DNA from: Paracoccaceae bacterium
Lineage (GTDB): Bacteria; Pseudomonadota; Alphaproteobacteria; Rhodobacterales; Rhodobacteraceae
Reading direction: 5' to 3'
Length of the DNA stretch: 64,000 nt
Assembly: GCA_964291445.2 (NCBI GenBank)
Contig: OZ219862.1
Coordinates: 1,184,669 to 1,248,668 of the forward strand
Part shown: positions 44,955 to 54,617 of the stretch, piece after piece
Layout: every line of letters begins with the position of its first letter
How positions within the stretch are numbered: the stretch's first letter is position 1
Position numbers and translations under genes: made by a program
Notes under the pieces: generated by a model
What the model saw: the letters and a program-made list of their open reading frames with translations, nothing else
The model's database searches: none
What the model was told of the DNA's origin: nothing

Positions 44955-46526
44955 TCAGAAATGATACTCGATAGAGGCAAACAGCCGGTCATTGTCGTCG
45001 ATATTGCGGAACGGGGTCCGGTTGCCGTCCCGGTAGAGGGCGATGCCGGCGCTCAGCTGGACCGCATCGCTCAATTCGTGGTCCAGTTGAATTCGCTGCA
45101 TGGCTCCTTCCTTGCCGGTCGGACCGAATGTCAGGGCAAGAAACGATACATCGAACGCGTCATTGCGGAGGCTGCGCGTGACTCGCAACGCCGTTGCCAT
45201 TTCGTTGCGACGCCGGTCATCCGGCAACTCGCGCAGGCGCTCGTCGAATTCACGGATGTGACCATTTGTCGCCTCGAAGGCGATGGCGGTGTTCTCGATG
45301 CCGGAATATTCGACACCGGCCAGGACGGAGAGCCGGGTGAATTCGCGATCCGTCACATTACTGAAGCGCAGACCGGTGTAGGCGGCGGCCTCGGCCTTGA
45401 TCAACCAGTTGCCACTGACAACATTGCCCGCCACCCCCATCATCGAAATCCGGTTGTGTCGAAGCCGCGCCTCGCCGCCTTCGGTCATGCGCAGGTGCGG
45501 GCGGTCATCGAAAACCCGTGCCACATGGAAGGAAATGTCCCAACCAGGAAAGGTGCCGGTCAGTGATGCCGCCAGTTCGGGGGCGCCAAACCGGCTGCCA
45601 GGCATGTCGCGGGGCGGGGCGGGCATGGCTCCGGCATGGAAGTCGCTGCCAGATGCTGGCCTCATGTCGAAACGCCGCTCCGGTATTGCCATCATGCCAA
45701 TGGTCCAGGGATCGGAATAGTGGTCGAGGCGCACGGCCAACACCGGGAGCCGGAGATCCTCGATATCGGTCAGGCCCGGGAGCCGGCTATCCACCGGATT
45801 GAGAATGTCGGTCACCCGGAACATGTCCGACCGGCCCCAGACCATGATCTGCCGACCGATGGTGAGATCGAGGCGGTCCGAAAGCGGGCCTTGGACCAGG
45901 AACTCGCCGATCTCGGCGCCCCTCACATGTGTATCACGATACGACCGGGGGCGGCCGAGGCGATCGGCAACGTGATCGGCGGCGCCATCGAACCAGCCAT
46001 GCCCCTCGAAAATGGCACGCCAGTCGGGACCGAGATCGGCTTCCACCTCCAGGTCCAGCCGTGTCCGGAATGATGACAGGCCCCGATGATCAACCCCCGC
46101 TGGCAAGGGTGCACGATGGGCGAAATTGTAGATCAGCCGTTGGCTGATCCTTCCACCAATCCGAACCGCCTCCGATGACAGGGCAGGGTCATGCCGCCCG
46201 GTCTGCACCGGACCGGCGTCGTCGCCAAATCCGGCAAGAACGCCGTCGATGTCGTCATGCGACCCGGTCGGTGGCGGCTCGGTCTCATCGCCAAATCCGG
46301 CGAGGATGGAATCGATGTCGTCATGCGACGCTTGCTGTACTGATCGAGCCTCGTCGCCAAATCCGGCGAGGATGGAATCGATGTCGTCGATTCTCCCGTT
46401 TTCGGCAGTGCCGGTGAAGTCGATTGATGGCGCATCGCTGAAGCCGTCCAGCACTTGATCAAGCTCTGTCTGCCCAAAGGTCGGCTGTGCGGTCAACAAC
46501 AGGACAAGGAGGGCCCACAACGCCAT
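44955..46526 (-). CDS. putative outer-membrane beta-barrel protein of the RND/LolA-like export cluster
   Basis: Signal peptide, an acidic repeat region, and a long alternating beta-strand-like body ending ...ASIEYHF (aromatic C-terminus typical of OMPs). Confidence 0.65.
   Translation of the reverse strand: MALWALLVLLLTAQPTFGQTELDQVLDGFSDAPSIDFTGTAENGRIDDIDSILAGFGDEARSVQQASHDDIDSILAGFGDETEPPPTGSHDDIDGVLAGFGDDAGPVQTGRHDPALSSEAVRIGGRISQRLIYNFAHRAPLPAGVDHRGLSSFRTRLDLEVEADLGPDWRAIFEGHGWFDGAADHVADRLGRPRSYRDTHVRGAEIGEFLVQGPLSDRLDLTIGRQIMVWGRSDMFRVTDILNPVDSRLPGLTDIEDLRLPVLAVRLDHYSDPWTIGMMAIPERRFDMRPASGSDFHAGAMPAPPRDMPGSRFGAPELAASLTGTFPGWDISFHVARVFDDRPHLRMTEGGEARLRHNRISMMGVAGNVVSGNWLIKAEAAAYTGLRFSNVTDREFTRLSVLAGVEYSGIENTAIAFEATNGHIREFDERLRELPDDRRRNEMATALRVTRSLRNDAFDVSFLALTFGPTGKEGAMQRIQLDHELSDAVQLSAGIALYRDGNRTPFRNIDDNDRLFASIEYHF
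46218..46463 (-). repeat. in-frame tandem repeats (66 nt / 22 aa, three copies plus one degenerate) encoding (H)DDIDSILAGFGDE
   Basis: Period-22 repeats at aa 47, 69 and 91 of the OMP, plus a degenerate LDQVLDGFSD copy at aa 22. Confidence 0.85.
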
Positions 46527-46534
46527 GGCAACGA

Positions 46535-47332
46535 TCAGATCCCTTTTTCTAGTCGTCGGAGTGTAAACAGATCCTCGCCAAGACCCTGACCGTAACGGAC
46601 GTCCTCGAGACGAAACACCGTGCGATGTTCCGTCTTCTCGTTCCTGACCGTCCGCATGTCGATCTCGATTGCCGTCCAGATTCCGTCGATGCGCTGAATG
46701 TCAACTATGTCCAGGTATTTCAACCGCTTGCCATCCGACATCCAGTGGACGGCACGTACGACCATGTCGATATCCTTGCGAACGAACAGGACAGATTTTT
46801 CGTAGCCGTATCGCTGTTCGATGGTCTTCGAGGCCGGAATGGCCTCGACCAGCCAGGCAGGTTTGCCGCGCACCTCCCGCTCGCCCAGCAAGCGGTATGT
46901 CCACTCCTCCAGCACCCGGCGTGTCATGTCCGCATAGGAAAAATCCGTACCCATGAATGATTGTGACTTGCTCGAACTTGCAATGCGTTTTGTCTTGCGC
47001 AATTCGGGAAGGTAGAGCCATTGGTCGTCATCTCGCTCCGGCTCACGATAATCATGGGTCAGGAACCCGGTATTGCGGACACTGGACGGTCCGAGGAAAA
47101 ACATCAGGTTGCGCGTATCCGGCCCCTGGTCCTTGAGAAAGGTTTGCAGGGCCCTGGTCCGGGTCTTGCCGTTGCGGTCGACAAGCACCATGGTGAGTTT
47201 CGCCGTCCGGTTGTCACCATCGTCACGAGCATCAACCTTTCGCATGATGTCCAGAGCTGCGCGGTCCTCCGAATGCAATGCTGTCGGCAACATCGCCATC
47301 AGCATGGCAGCAGCAATGACGGTCTTCCTCAT
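46535..47332 (-). CDS. outer-membrane lipoprotein-sorting (LolA-like) protein
   Basis: Signal peptide, DDQWLYLPELRKTKRIASSSKSQSFMGTDFSYADM motif block. ATGA coupling to the RND gene. Confidence 0.75.
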   Translation of the reverse strand: MRKTVIAAAMLMAMLPTALHSEDRAALDIMRKVDARDDGDNRTAKLTMVLVDRNGKTRTRALQTFLKDQGPDTRNLMFFLGPSSVRNTGFLTHDYREPERDDDQWLYLPELRKTKRIASSSKSQSFMGTDFSYADMTRRVLEEWTYRLLGEREVRGKPAWLVEAIPASKTIEQRYGYEKSVLFVRKDIDMVVRAVHWMSDGKRLKYLDIVDIQRIDGIWTAIEIDMRTVRNEKTEHRTVFRLEDVRYGQGLGEDLFTLRRLEKGI

Positions 47333-49767
47333 TGAACGCCTCCTTTTCGGGATTGATCATCCATGTCCACCAGGTGTCGATATCGAAGCGCCATCAATGC
47401 CGGTGCAACGATGAAATCGGCGGCAAGCGCGGTCAAGATGGTCAAGCCGGTCAGCAGGCCGAAATCGATCAGGTTCTTCATGTCGGCCAGGCAGAAGATG
47501 AAGAAGCCTGCGGACAGCACGATCGAGGTCACCAGCATGGCCCGACCGGATGTCTGCAGTGTTCGGCGAACGGATTCCTCTACCGAGCCGGTCCGATCCA
47601 GGTATCTGTGAAAGTGATGCATGAAATGCACCGTGTCATCGACGGCCAACCCGATGGCGATCGAGCCAACCAGCATGGTGAACAGGTTCAGCGGAATGCC
47701 GGCCACCTGCATCAGGGCAAGGGCAAGAGCGATGGGCGCCAGGTTGGGGATCATGCTGATCAGCCCGGTTCCGATGCGGCCAATCAGCGCAATCATCATC
47801 AGTGTGATGACACCGAAGGCAATGACGTAACTCCTTGCCGCCGACCGGATTGCCGCATCGAGCGTCCTGCTCAACAGGCTCATGATGCCGGTGACCGTCA
47901 CCTCGTCATCGGCGCCGAAGGCGGCGGCGAACCGGTTCTCGACATCGACGATGAATGGCGGATATTCCAGCGTGTCCCGCCAGGGAACACGCATCGAGAA
48001 CCTGGCAATGCTGAATTGCGTATCCACCAGATCTTCAAGATCGTCCGACCCCGAATTCTCGAACAGCAGGAACTCCTGCGGGATCAGGGCGGGATTCTCC
48101 GGTATGCGGTGAAACTCCAGCCGGTTTTCGTTCAGGGCCCTGTGGATTTCCTTCAACAAATCCGCCACCGACAGCACGGCTCCGACCGAGACCGGCGTTC
48201 CTGCCGATGCAGCCTTGATGTCGTCTCCAAGGGTTTCGAGGCTGATCAGCAAGTCCCGGTCGTGAAGGCCATTTTCGACTCCCGTGTCCAGCACCACCTC
48301 GAGCGACACCGACCCTCCGAGATCGTTGTCGATGGAACGCGTTGCCCGGTGCACCGGCCAGTCATCGGGCAGCCATGCCAGGATGTCGTGTGAAAATCGG
48401 AGCTGTGATGCAAGGCCCGTGCTCACCACGATCACAACCAGCGATGCCCCGGCGATCGGCCGGGCATTGCGCACGCTCCAGCCAGCGAGAGCAGCCAGCA
48501 CGCGGTCAAGCAACTGCCCGGCCTTTCCGGAATGCCGAACACCCGGCAGTCGCAACTGCGGAAGAAGGGCCAGGCCAGCCGGCAACACGATCAGGGTGTA
48601 GACCAGCGCCAGCATCACGCCGATGGCCGCGTAACCGCCCAGCTCGCCTATCGGGGCGACCTCGGCGAACCAGAAGGACCCGATTCCGGCGGCGGTGGTC
48701 AGGCTGGTCAGCAGGATCGGCAGGCCGGCATGGCTCACCGCACCGACGATCGCCGAATGCCGATCAAGCCCGGCCGCGACATTCCTGAAATGGATGGCCA
48801 GGAGATGGACCGCCGAGCCGACGCCGACTGCCAGCAGAAAGGAAGGCAGTATCACCGTCGGCAGTTTCAAGGAGGTTCCGACATGGCCCATGATGCCAAG
48901 CGTGCTCAACAGGGCCATCACCACGACGCTGATCGGAAGCAGCACCGCCACCGGTGAGCGGAACATGATGAGCAGCAGGATGGCGATCACGGCTATGGCA
49001 AGCCCGATCGAGCGCTTCATGTCATCCTGAAGCGCAATCTTGAGCGTGTCGGTCACCGCCGGTGTCCCGGCAATCCGCAGCTCGAAATTCTCATCCCGGT
49101 GGTCAGCAACGATTTCCCTGGCCGCTGTCAGCGCCTGGTGCGTGTCTTCGTCGGACAGGATCTCCGGCTCGCCCCCAACCGGCGGCGCCTCGTCGAACAG
49201 GGCAAGCGCCGAATCGACGGAAATCCTGGAGGCATCGGCCGTCCGGGCCAGTTCGAGCACAACCGTGGTCACCCTGCCATCGGCCGATACCAGCAGGTTG
49301 CGATAAAGCGGGTTGGACAGAACCCGGTCACGCAGCGCTGCCAAGTCATCCCCGGTTTGCGGCCATGCATCGAGGAGATCCTCGACCACAAGGCGATCGC
49401 CCTCGCCTCGCGTGTTCCGGGCATTGATCATCGACGTGATGCTGTCCAGATGTGGCACACCGGAAGCCAAATCCTCGTGCAACGCCTTCAGGCGAAGAAG
49501 GGTGGTTTCGGAAAAGAGTTCGCCCGGCTCCACGGCAATGACGATGATGTCATCGCGGCCAAACTGGACCCGGAATTCCTCGTAGCGCACCAGTACCGGA
49601 TCGTCCGGATAGAGAAACGACTCGGTGGAGGTGTCGATCACGATGTTGCGCAGGCCGGATGCCGCCACGGCCGTGATCAGCAACACCGCAAGAATCGCCA
49701 GGACGCGGTTGCGGCACACCAGCTCCGCAAAGCTCCCGAACAATGTCTCGATTCGTTGCCTGATCAT
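47329..49767 (-). CDS. RND superfamily exporter (MMPL/HpnN-like, COG1033 type)
   Basis: About 812 aa with two six-TM bundles and two periplasmic loops. Start set at the ATG at 49767 (MIRQRIETLFG...). Confidence 0.85.
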   Translation of the reverse strand: MIRQRIETLFGSFAELVCRNRVLAILAVLLITAVAASGLRNIVIDTSTESFLYPDDPVLVRYEEFRVQFGRDDIIVIAVEPGELFSETTLLRLKALHEDLASGVPHLDSITSMINARNTRGEGDRLVVEDLLDAWPQTGDDLAALRDRVLSNPLYRNLLVSADGRVTTVVLELARTADASRISVDSALALFDEAPPVGGEPEILSDEDTHQALTAAREIVADHRDENFELRIAGTPAVTDTLKIALQDDMKRSIGLAIAVIAILLLIMFRSPVAVLLPISVVVMALLSTLGIMGHVGTSLKLPTVILPSFLLAVGVGSAVHLLAIHFRNVAAGLDRHSAIVGAVSHAGLPILLTSLTTAAGIGSFWFAEVAPIGELGGYAAIGVMLALVYTLIVLPAGLALLPQLRLPGVRHSGKAGQLLDRVLAALAGWSVRNARPIAGASLVVIVVSTGLASQLRFSHDILAWLPDDWPVHRATRSIDNDLGGSVSLEVVLDTGVENGLHDRDLLISLETLGDDIKAASAGTPVSVGAVLSVADLLKEIHRALNENRLEFHRIPENPALIPQEFLLFENSGSDDLEDLVDTQFSIARFSMRVPWRDTLEYPPFIVDVENRFAAAFGADDEVTVTGIMSLLSRTLDAAIRSAARSYVIAFGVITLMMIALIGRIGTGLISMIPNLAPIALALALMQVAGIPLNLFTMLVGSIAIGLAVDDTVHFMHHFHRYLDRTGSVEESVRRTLQTSGRAMLVTSIVLSAGFFIFCLADMKNLIDFGLLTGLTILTALAADFIVAPALMALRYRHLVDMDDQSRKGGVQ

Positions 49768-50068
49768 GGCTCGATCTGCCTCTTCGTGATCTCCATCGCC
49801 GACATCGCGATACCGACCCCTCTCCACGGGCGGCCCGAGCCTCTGCAATACACCCGGCATGTCGGCCGGAACCGATCAAGGCGGCGTGTGTGTCTCCGAA
49901 AGCCTACACCAGCGCCGAATCATTGTCACCGCCACGAGGAAATCGCTATCCACCAGGGGGAAATCACTCCCATTCCCGTTGAAATCCCGGGGTTGTCGGG
50001 CAGAAACCGCTACACTCGCCGGGACTGTGCGGCTAAGTGTCGGGAACGTTTTCCGCCCTGGAGGACAC

Positions 50069-52033
50069 ATGACCAGACGCCCGGACCGGCCCTGGCTCTT
50101 CCGGACCTATTCCGGCCATTCCACCGCCACGACATCCAATTCTCTCTACCGGACCAATCTCGCCAGGGGGCAGACCGGGTTGTCGGTGGCCTTCGATCTG
50201 CCGACCCAGACCGGCTATGACAGCGATCATCGGCTGGCCAAGGGCGAGGTCGGCAAGGTCGGCGTTCCGGTCTGCCATCTTGGTGACATGAGATCCCTCT
50301 TTGAAGGGATCCCGCTGGACCGGATGAACACCTCGATGACGATCAACGCCACCGCACCCTGGCTGCTTGCCCTCTACGTGGCGCTGGCCGAGGAGCAGGG
50401 CATTGCGCGGGAAGGATTGCGCGGCACCGTGCAAAACGACATCATCAAGGAATATCTCAGCCGCGGCACCTATATCTGCCCGCCGGCGCCGTCACTGCGA
50501 ATGACGGTCGATATTGCCGAATTCTGCGTCCGCCACATGCCGAAATGGAACCCGATCAATGTCTGCTCCTACCATCTGCAGGAGGCGGGGGCAGAGCCGA
50601 TGCAGGAAATCGCCTATGCGCTGTCCACCGCCATCGCAGTGCTGGATGCGCTGCAGTCGCGAATACCGGCTGGCGAGTTTCCGGCCGCAGTCGGCCGGAT
50701 TTCGTTCTTCGTGAATGCCGGCATCCGCTTCGTGACCGAGATGTGCAAGCTGCGGGCGTTTTCGGAGATGTGGGACGAGATCTGCCGGGACCGGTACGGG
50801 GTCGAGAAGGAAGAGTTGCGACGATTCCGCTACGGTGTGCAGGTCAACAGCCTCGGCCTGACCGAGCAGCAGCCGGAGAACAATGTCCACCGGATCCTGC
50901 TCGAAATGCTGGCTGTCACCCTGTCCAGGAATGCGCGGGCTCGGGCCGTGCAGCTACCGGCCTGGAACGAGGCCTTCGGATTACCGACCCCCTGGGACCA
51001 GCAATGGTCGCTGCGCATGCAGCAGATCCTGGCCTACGAGACCGACCTCCTCGAATTCGATGATCTGTTCGATGGCAATCCGGCCATCGAGGAGCGGGTG
51101 TCGGTGCTGAAATCACTCGCCCTCGGCGAGATGCGGCAAGTGGAGGCGATGGGCGGCGCCATCAACGCCATCGAGTTCATGAAAAGGCGGCTGGTCGAGA
51201 GCAATTCCGAGCGGATCCGGCGAATCGAGACCGGCGATCAGGTGGTGGTTGGCGTCAACAGGTTTGTCGAGTGCGAAGCCTCGCCGCTGGCGATCGGAGG
51301 GGACAGCATTGTCCATGTCGGTGACGATACCGAGGCGGAGCAGAAGCAGCGCCTTGCCGCCTGGCGCCGTGACCGCGATCCGCGCGCGGTTGAACGGGCG
51401 TTCGGCGAATTGCGCGCGGCGGCACAGGATGGCAGCAACATCATGCCGCCTTCCATTGAGGCGGCGAAGGCCGGCATGACCACCGGCGAGTGGGGGCAGG
51501 TGATGCGGGAGGCGTTCGGCGAATTCCGTGCCCCGACCGGTGTCAGCGCATCACCGTCGAACCGCATCGACGACCTGGCCGAGATCAGGGTGGCGGTAGA
51601 CCAGGCTTCGAGCCGGCTTGGGCACAGGCTCAGGCTGCTGGTCGGCAAGCCCGGCCTTGACGGTCACTCCAACGGTGCCGAGCAGATCGTCTGCCGTGCC
51701 CGCGATTGCGGCATGGAGATCGTCTATTCCGGCATTCGTCACACGCCGGAGGAGATCGCCGACGCCGCATTGCACGAGGAAGCCGATATCGTCGGCTTGT
51801 CGATCCTCTCCGGAACCCACGGCCACCTGGCAAGGCAGGTGATGAGACTGATGGCCGAGCGTGGAATTGACCACGTCCCGCTGATCGTTGGTGGCATCAT
51901 TCCCGATGATGACGTGCAGCTGTTGCGCGATGCAGGGGTGGCCGCCATCTACACCCCGAGGGATTTCGACCTGAACCGGATCATGCATGACATTGTCGAC
52001 ATGGCCGCCCCGAACGAGGCCGGGATCGGCTGA
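50069..52033 (+). CDS. ecm: ethylmalonyl-CoA mutase (MeaA/Ecm; fused catalytic plus B12-binding domains)
   Basis: RPWLFRTYSGHSTATTSNSLYRTNLARGQTGLSVAFDLPTQTGYDSDH...GKVGVPVCHLGDM, plus a C-terminal B12 domain (GLDGHSNGAEQI). GGAGGA SD 5 nt upstream of the ATG at 50069. Confidence 0.85.
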   Translation: MTRRPDRPWLFRTYSGHSTATTSNSLYRTNLARGQTGLSVAFDLPTQTGYDSDHRLAKGEVGKVGVPVCHLGDMRSLFEGIPLDRMNTSMTINATAPWLLALYVALAEEQGIAREGLRGTVQNDIIKEYLSRGTYICPPAPSLRMTVDIAEFCVRHMPKWNPINVCSYHLQEAGAEPMQEIAYALSTAIAVLDALQSRIPAGEFPAAVGRISFFVNAGIRFVTEMCKLRAFSEMWDEICRDRYGVEKEELRRFRYGVQVNSLGLTEQQPENNVHRILLEMLAVTLSRNARARAVQLPAWNEAFGLPTPWDQQWSLRMQQILAYETDLLEFDDLFDGNPAIEERVSVLKSLALGEMRQVEAMGGAINAIEFMKRRLVESNSERIRRIETGDQVVVGVNRFVECEASPLAIGGDSIVHVGDDTEAEQKQRLAAWRRDRDPRAVERAFGELRAAAQDGSNIMPPSIEAAKAGMTTGEWGQVMREAFGEFRAPTGVSASPSNRIDDLAEIRVAVDQASSRLGHRLRLLVGKPGLDGHSNGAEQIVCRARDCGMEIVYSGIRHTPEEIADAALHEEADIVGLSILSGTHGHLARQVMRLMAERGIDHVPLIVGGIIPDDDVQLLRDAGVAAIYTPRDFDLNRIMHDIVDMAAPNEAGIG

Positions 52034-52515
52034 AAGGTTCGGGGGATCGCTCACGGGAAGAGCTTGCAGGGCGGGGCACCGATCCTGCATCCTCATGGCG
52101 ACCGGCATGCGGGCCTGCCTGCATGCCGGATACCAGCGGCATTGCCTCCCGGACAGCCAGGAATGACCGGATTGACCCGGTCAGGTGGTTGGCATGCTTG
52201 GCATTGCGATGCAGGCAGATTTCCAGTTCAACCTCCCAGGCCGGATCACCGGCCCTGGTCAGGAGTCCGTATTTCAGGTTCGGAGCAACGAGCCTGCCTG
52301 GCAGCCAGGCCGTCCTCGCACCGTCTCGGGCCTGGATACGCAAGGCGCCGGCCATCGAATTCTCGTAGGCGGTGTACATTCGCAAGGAGAGATTGCTCGA
52401 ATTCAGCAGCGGCTCCGGGTGCCGGCTGATGGGGGCATCATCACCAAATCTCGGATACGGCGCCCTCTGCCCTGCTCGGCAAGGAAGGCGATACGGCACC
52501 GCGCCTGCGCCGTGC

Positions 52516-53565
52516 TCAGCTTCGGCGCCGGCCGAGCAGCCAGATGAAGAACACGCCACCGACCAGGCCGGTCACGATGCCGATCGGCATGTCCTCGGGC
52601 GCGGCGATGGTGCGGGCCAGGATGTCGGCCCATAACAGGAAGATGGCCCCGGCAAGGGCCGATGCCGGGATGACGCGGGCGCAGTCGCCGCCCACCAGCA
52701 TCCTGGCAATATGGGGAATCATCAGGCCGACGAAGCCGATGATGCCCGAATAGGCCACCATGATGCCGGTCAGCAGCGCCCCGGCCACGAATACCGTCAG
52801 CCGAAACCGCGATACCTGGATGCCGAGGGTGGATGCCGTTTCATCGCCGAGACTCAGCGCGTTGAGGTCGGCCGATTTCAGCATGAACAGTGCGGTGCAG
52901 GCCACCAGGCCGATCAGCGGAACCGGCAACTGGGACCACTGGGCCAGCCCCAGCCCGCCGAGCATCCAGTAGATTGCAGTATGGGCTGCCCGCGGATCAC
53001 CGAGAAAGATCAGCGCATTGGCGCATGACATGATGGCAAATGACACCGCGACACCGGCCAGCACCAGCCGCGTGGCGGTCATGGCGGCAGCCAGCCTCGA
53101 GACCAGGAGAACAATCGACGTGGCCCCCAGGGCGCCCAGGAAGGACAGCAACGGCACCGTCAGGCCACCAAGAAACATTCCGGTATGCAACAGGGCGAGA
53201 ATCGCTCCGAAGGCCCCGCCGGATGATATGCCCAGGAGGTGCGGATCGGCCAGCGGGTTGCGAGTCACCGATTGCAGGGCCACCCCGACCACCCCCAAAC
53301 CGGCACCGACCAGGCAGGCAAGCAGAGCCCGCGGCAACCTGATGCTCCAGACAATCGCCGCCTGGCCAGCCGGCCACGTCCCGTCTGCCGTCCCCGGGAA
53401 CAGCTTGTCGGCAATCACCCCCCAGACCACCGGAAATGGAACCTCGACCGCCCCGATGCTGGCTGCCGACGAGATCGACACGATCAGCAACAGCATTCCG
53501 GACAGCAGGAAAAAACCGGCGTGGAGTCTGCCGCGCAGGCCGGTCAGTTGCGATGCCGGTTTCAC
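52516..53565 (-). CDS. FecCD-family ABC permease (cobalamin/iron-chelate type)
   Basis: 349-aa multi-TM FecCD-like protein (RLPRALLA, GIIGFVGLMIPHIAR). Confidence 0.85.
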   Translation of the reverse strand: MKPASQLTGLRGRLHAGFFLLSGMLLLIVSISSAASIGAVEVPFPVVWGVIADKLFPGTADGTWPAGQAAIVWSIRLPRALLACLVGAGLGVVGVALQSVTRNPLADPHLLGISSGGAFGAILALLHTGMFLGGLTVPLLSFLGALGATSIVLLVSRLAAAMTATRLVLAGVAVSFAIMSCANALIFLGDPRAAHTAIYWMLGGLGLAQWSQLPVPLIGLVACTALFMLKSADLNALSLGDETASTLGIQVSRFRLTVFVAGALLTGIMVAYSGIIGFVGLMIPHIARMLVGGDCARVIPASALAGAIFLLWADILARTIAAPEDMPIGIVTGLVGGVFFIWLLGRRRS

Positions 53566-53658
53566 GGCAGGCGGAAGACCGAAGCCCGAACGGACCGGAC
53601 CAGCGACCTGTGTGCAAGCGACCGGGCCACCTTCCCGGTGACATTTGCCGGGTTGGCA

Positions 53659-54597
53659 CTACCTGGCATGAAATCCCTCGGCCAGTTTCCTGACGGCGGC
53701 GATGTTGCGCGGTCCCGGTGTTGCTTCGACATATTCGAGCACGACAAACCGGTCGTTCCGTACCGCATCGATGTCAGCAAAGGCCGGGTTGGCGAGCATG
53801 AATTCCATCTTCTGTTCGGCGGTAACGCTGCCATAATTGACGATGATGATGATCTCGGGATTGCGCTCGACTACCGATTCCCACCCGATCGTCGCCCAGC
53901 TTTTGTCAAGGTCGTCCATGATGTTTCTGCCGCCGGCCGCCTCGATCAGCGCCGTCGGCATGGCATGACGGCCGGCCGTGAAGGGCGCATCCTCGCCGCT
54001 GTCATAGACAAACACCCGCGGCGGTGGCGAGTCCATCGTCAGCGTGCCGGCGATCTCCCGCATCTGTGACCGGTAGCCAGCAACCAGGCTCTCGGCCCGA
54101 TCGCCCTCCCCGAAAATTGCGCCGACATTGAGCAGGTCTCGATACATGGTTTCCATGCTGATCCCGGGCATGTCGCCAAGATGGACGCAGGACTCGGTCA
54201 GCTCGTAGACATCGATTCCGAGCGGCGCCAAGGTCGCCGGCGTGACCTCGCCCCCGACCCGCATGCCGTAATTCCAGCCGGCGAAGAGGAAATCGGCCCC
54301 GGCCCCGGCCAGTACCTCCCTGGTCGGATATCCCGGCGAGAGCTCCGGCAGGGATCCGAGCCCGGCCCGCAGTGACTCGTCGAGCGTTTTCCAGTTGCTG
54401 ATTCCGGTAAAACCCACCATCCGGTCGGCCAGCCCCAGCACCAGCATGATCTCGGTCATGTTGACATCATGCGAGACCGCCGCTTCCGGCGGCGCCTCGA
54501 AGGTCAGGACCCGGTCACAACTTTGGACGGTCACCGGCTCGGCAAGACCCGCCTGGCCAAACCCGGCCATTATGATGATGATGGCAACGCCTCGCAT
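53659..54597 (-). CDS. periplasmic binding protein (BtuF/FhuD-like, ABC type)
   Basis: Signal peptide and class III SBP-like sequence. Confidence 0.8.
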   Translation of the reverse strand: MRGVAIIIIMAGFGQAGLAEPVTVQSCDRVLTFEAPPEAAVSHDVNMTEIMLVLGLADRMVGFTGISNWKTLDESLRAGLGSLPELSPGYPTREVLAGAGADFLFAGWNYGMRVGGEVTPATLAPLGIDVYELTESCVHLGDMPGISMETMYRDLLNVGAIFGEGDRAESLVAGYRSQMREIAGTLTMDSPPPRVFVYDSGEDAPFTAGRHAMPTALIEAAGGRNIMDDLDKSWATIGWESVVERNPEIIIIVNYGSVTAEQKMEFMLANPAFADIDAVRNDRFVVLEYVEATPGPRNIAAVRKLAEGFHAR

Positions 54598-54617
54598 TGC
54601 GACGCCCTCCCGTTCTT

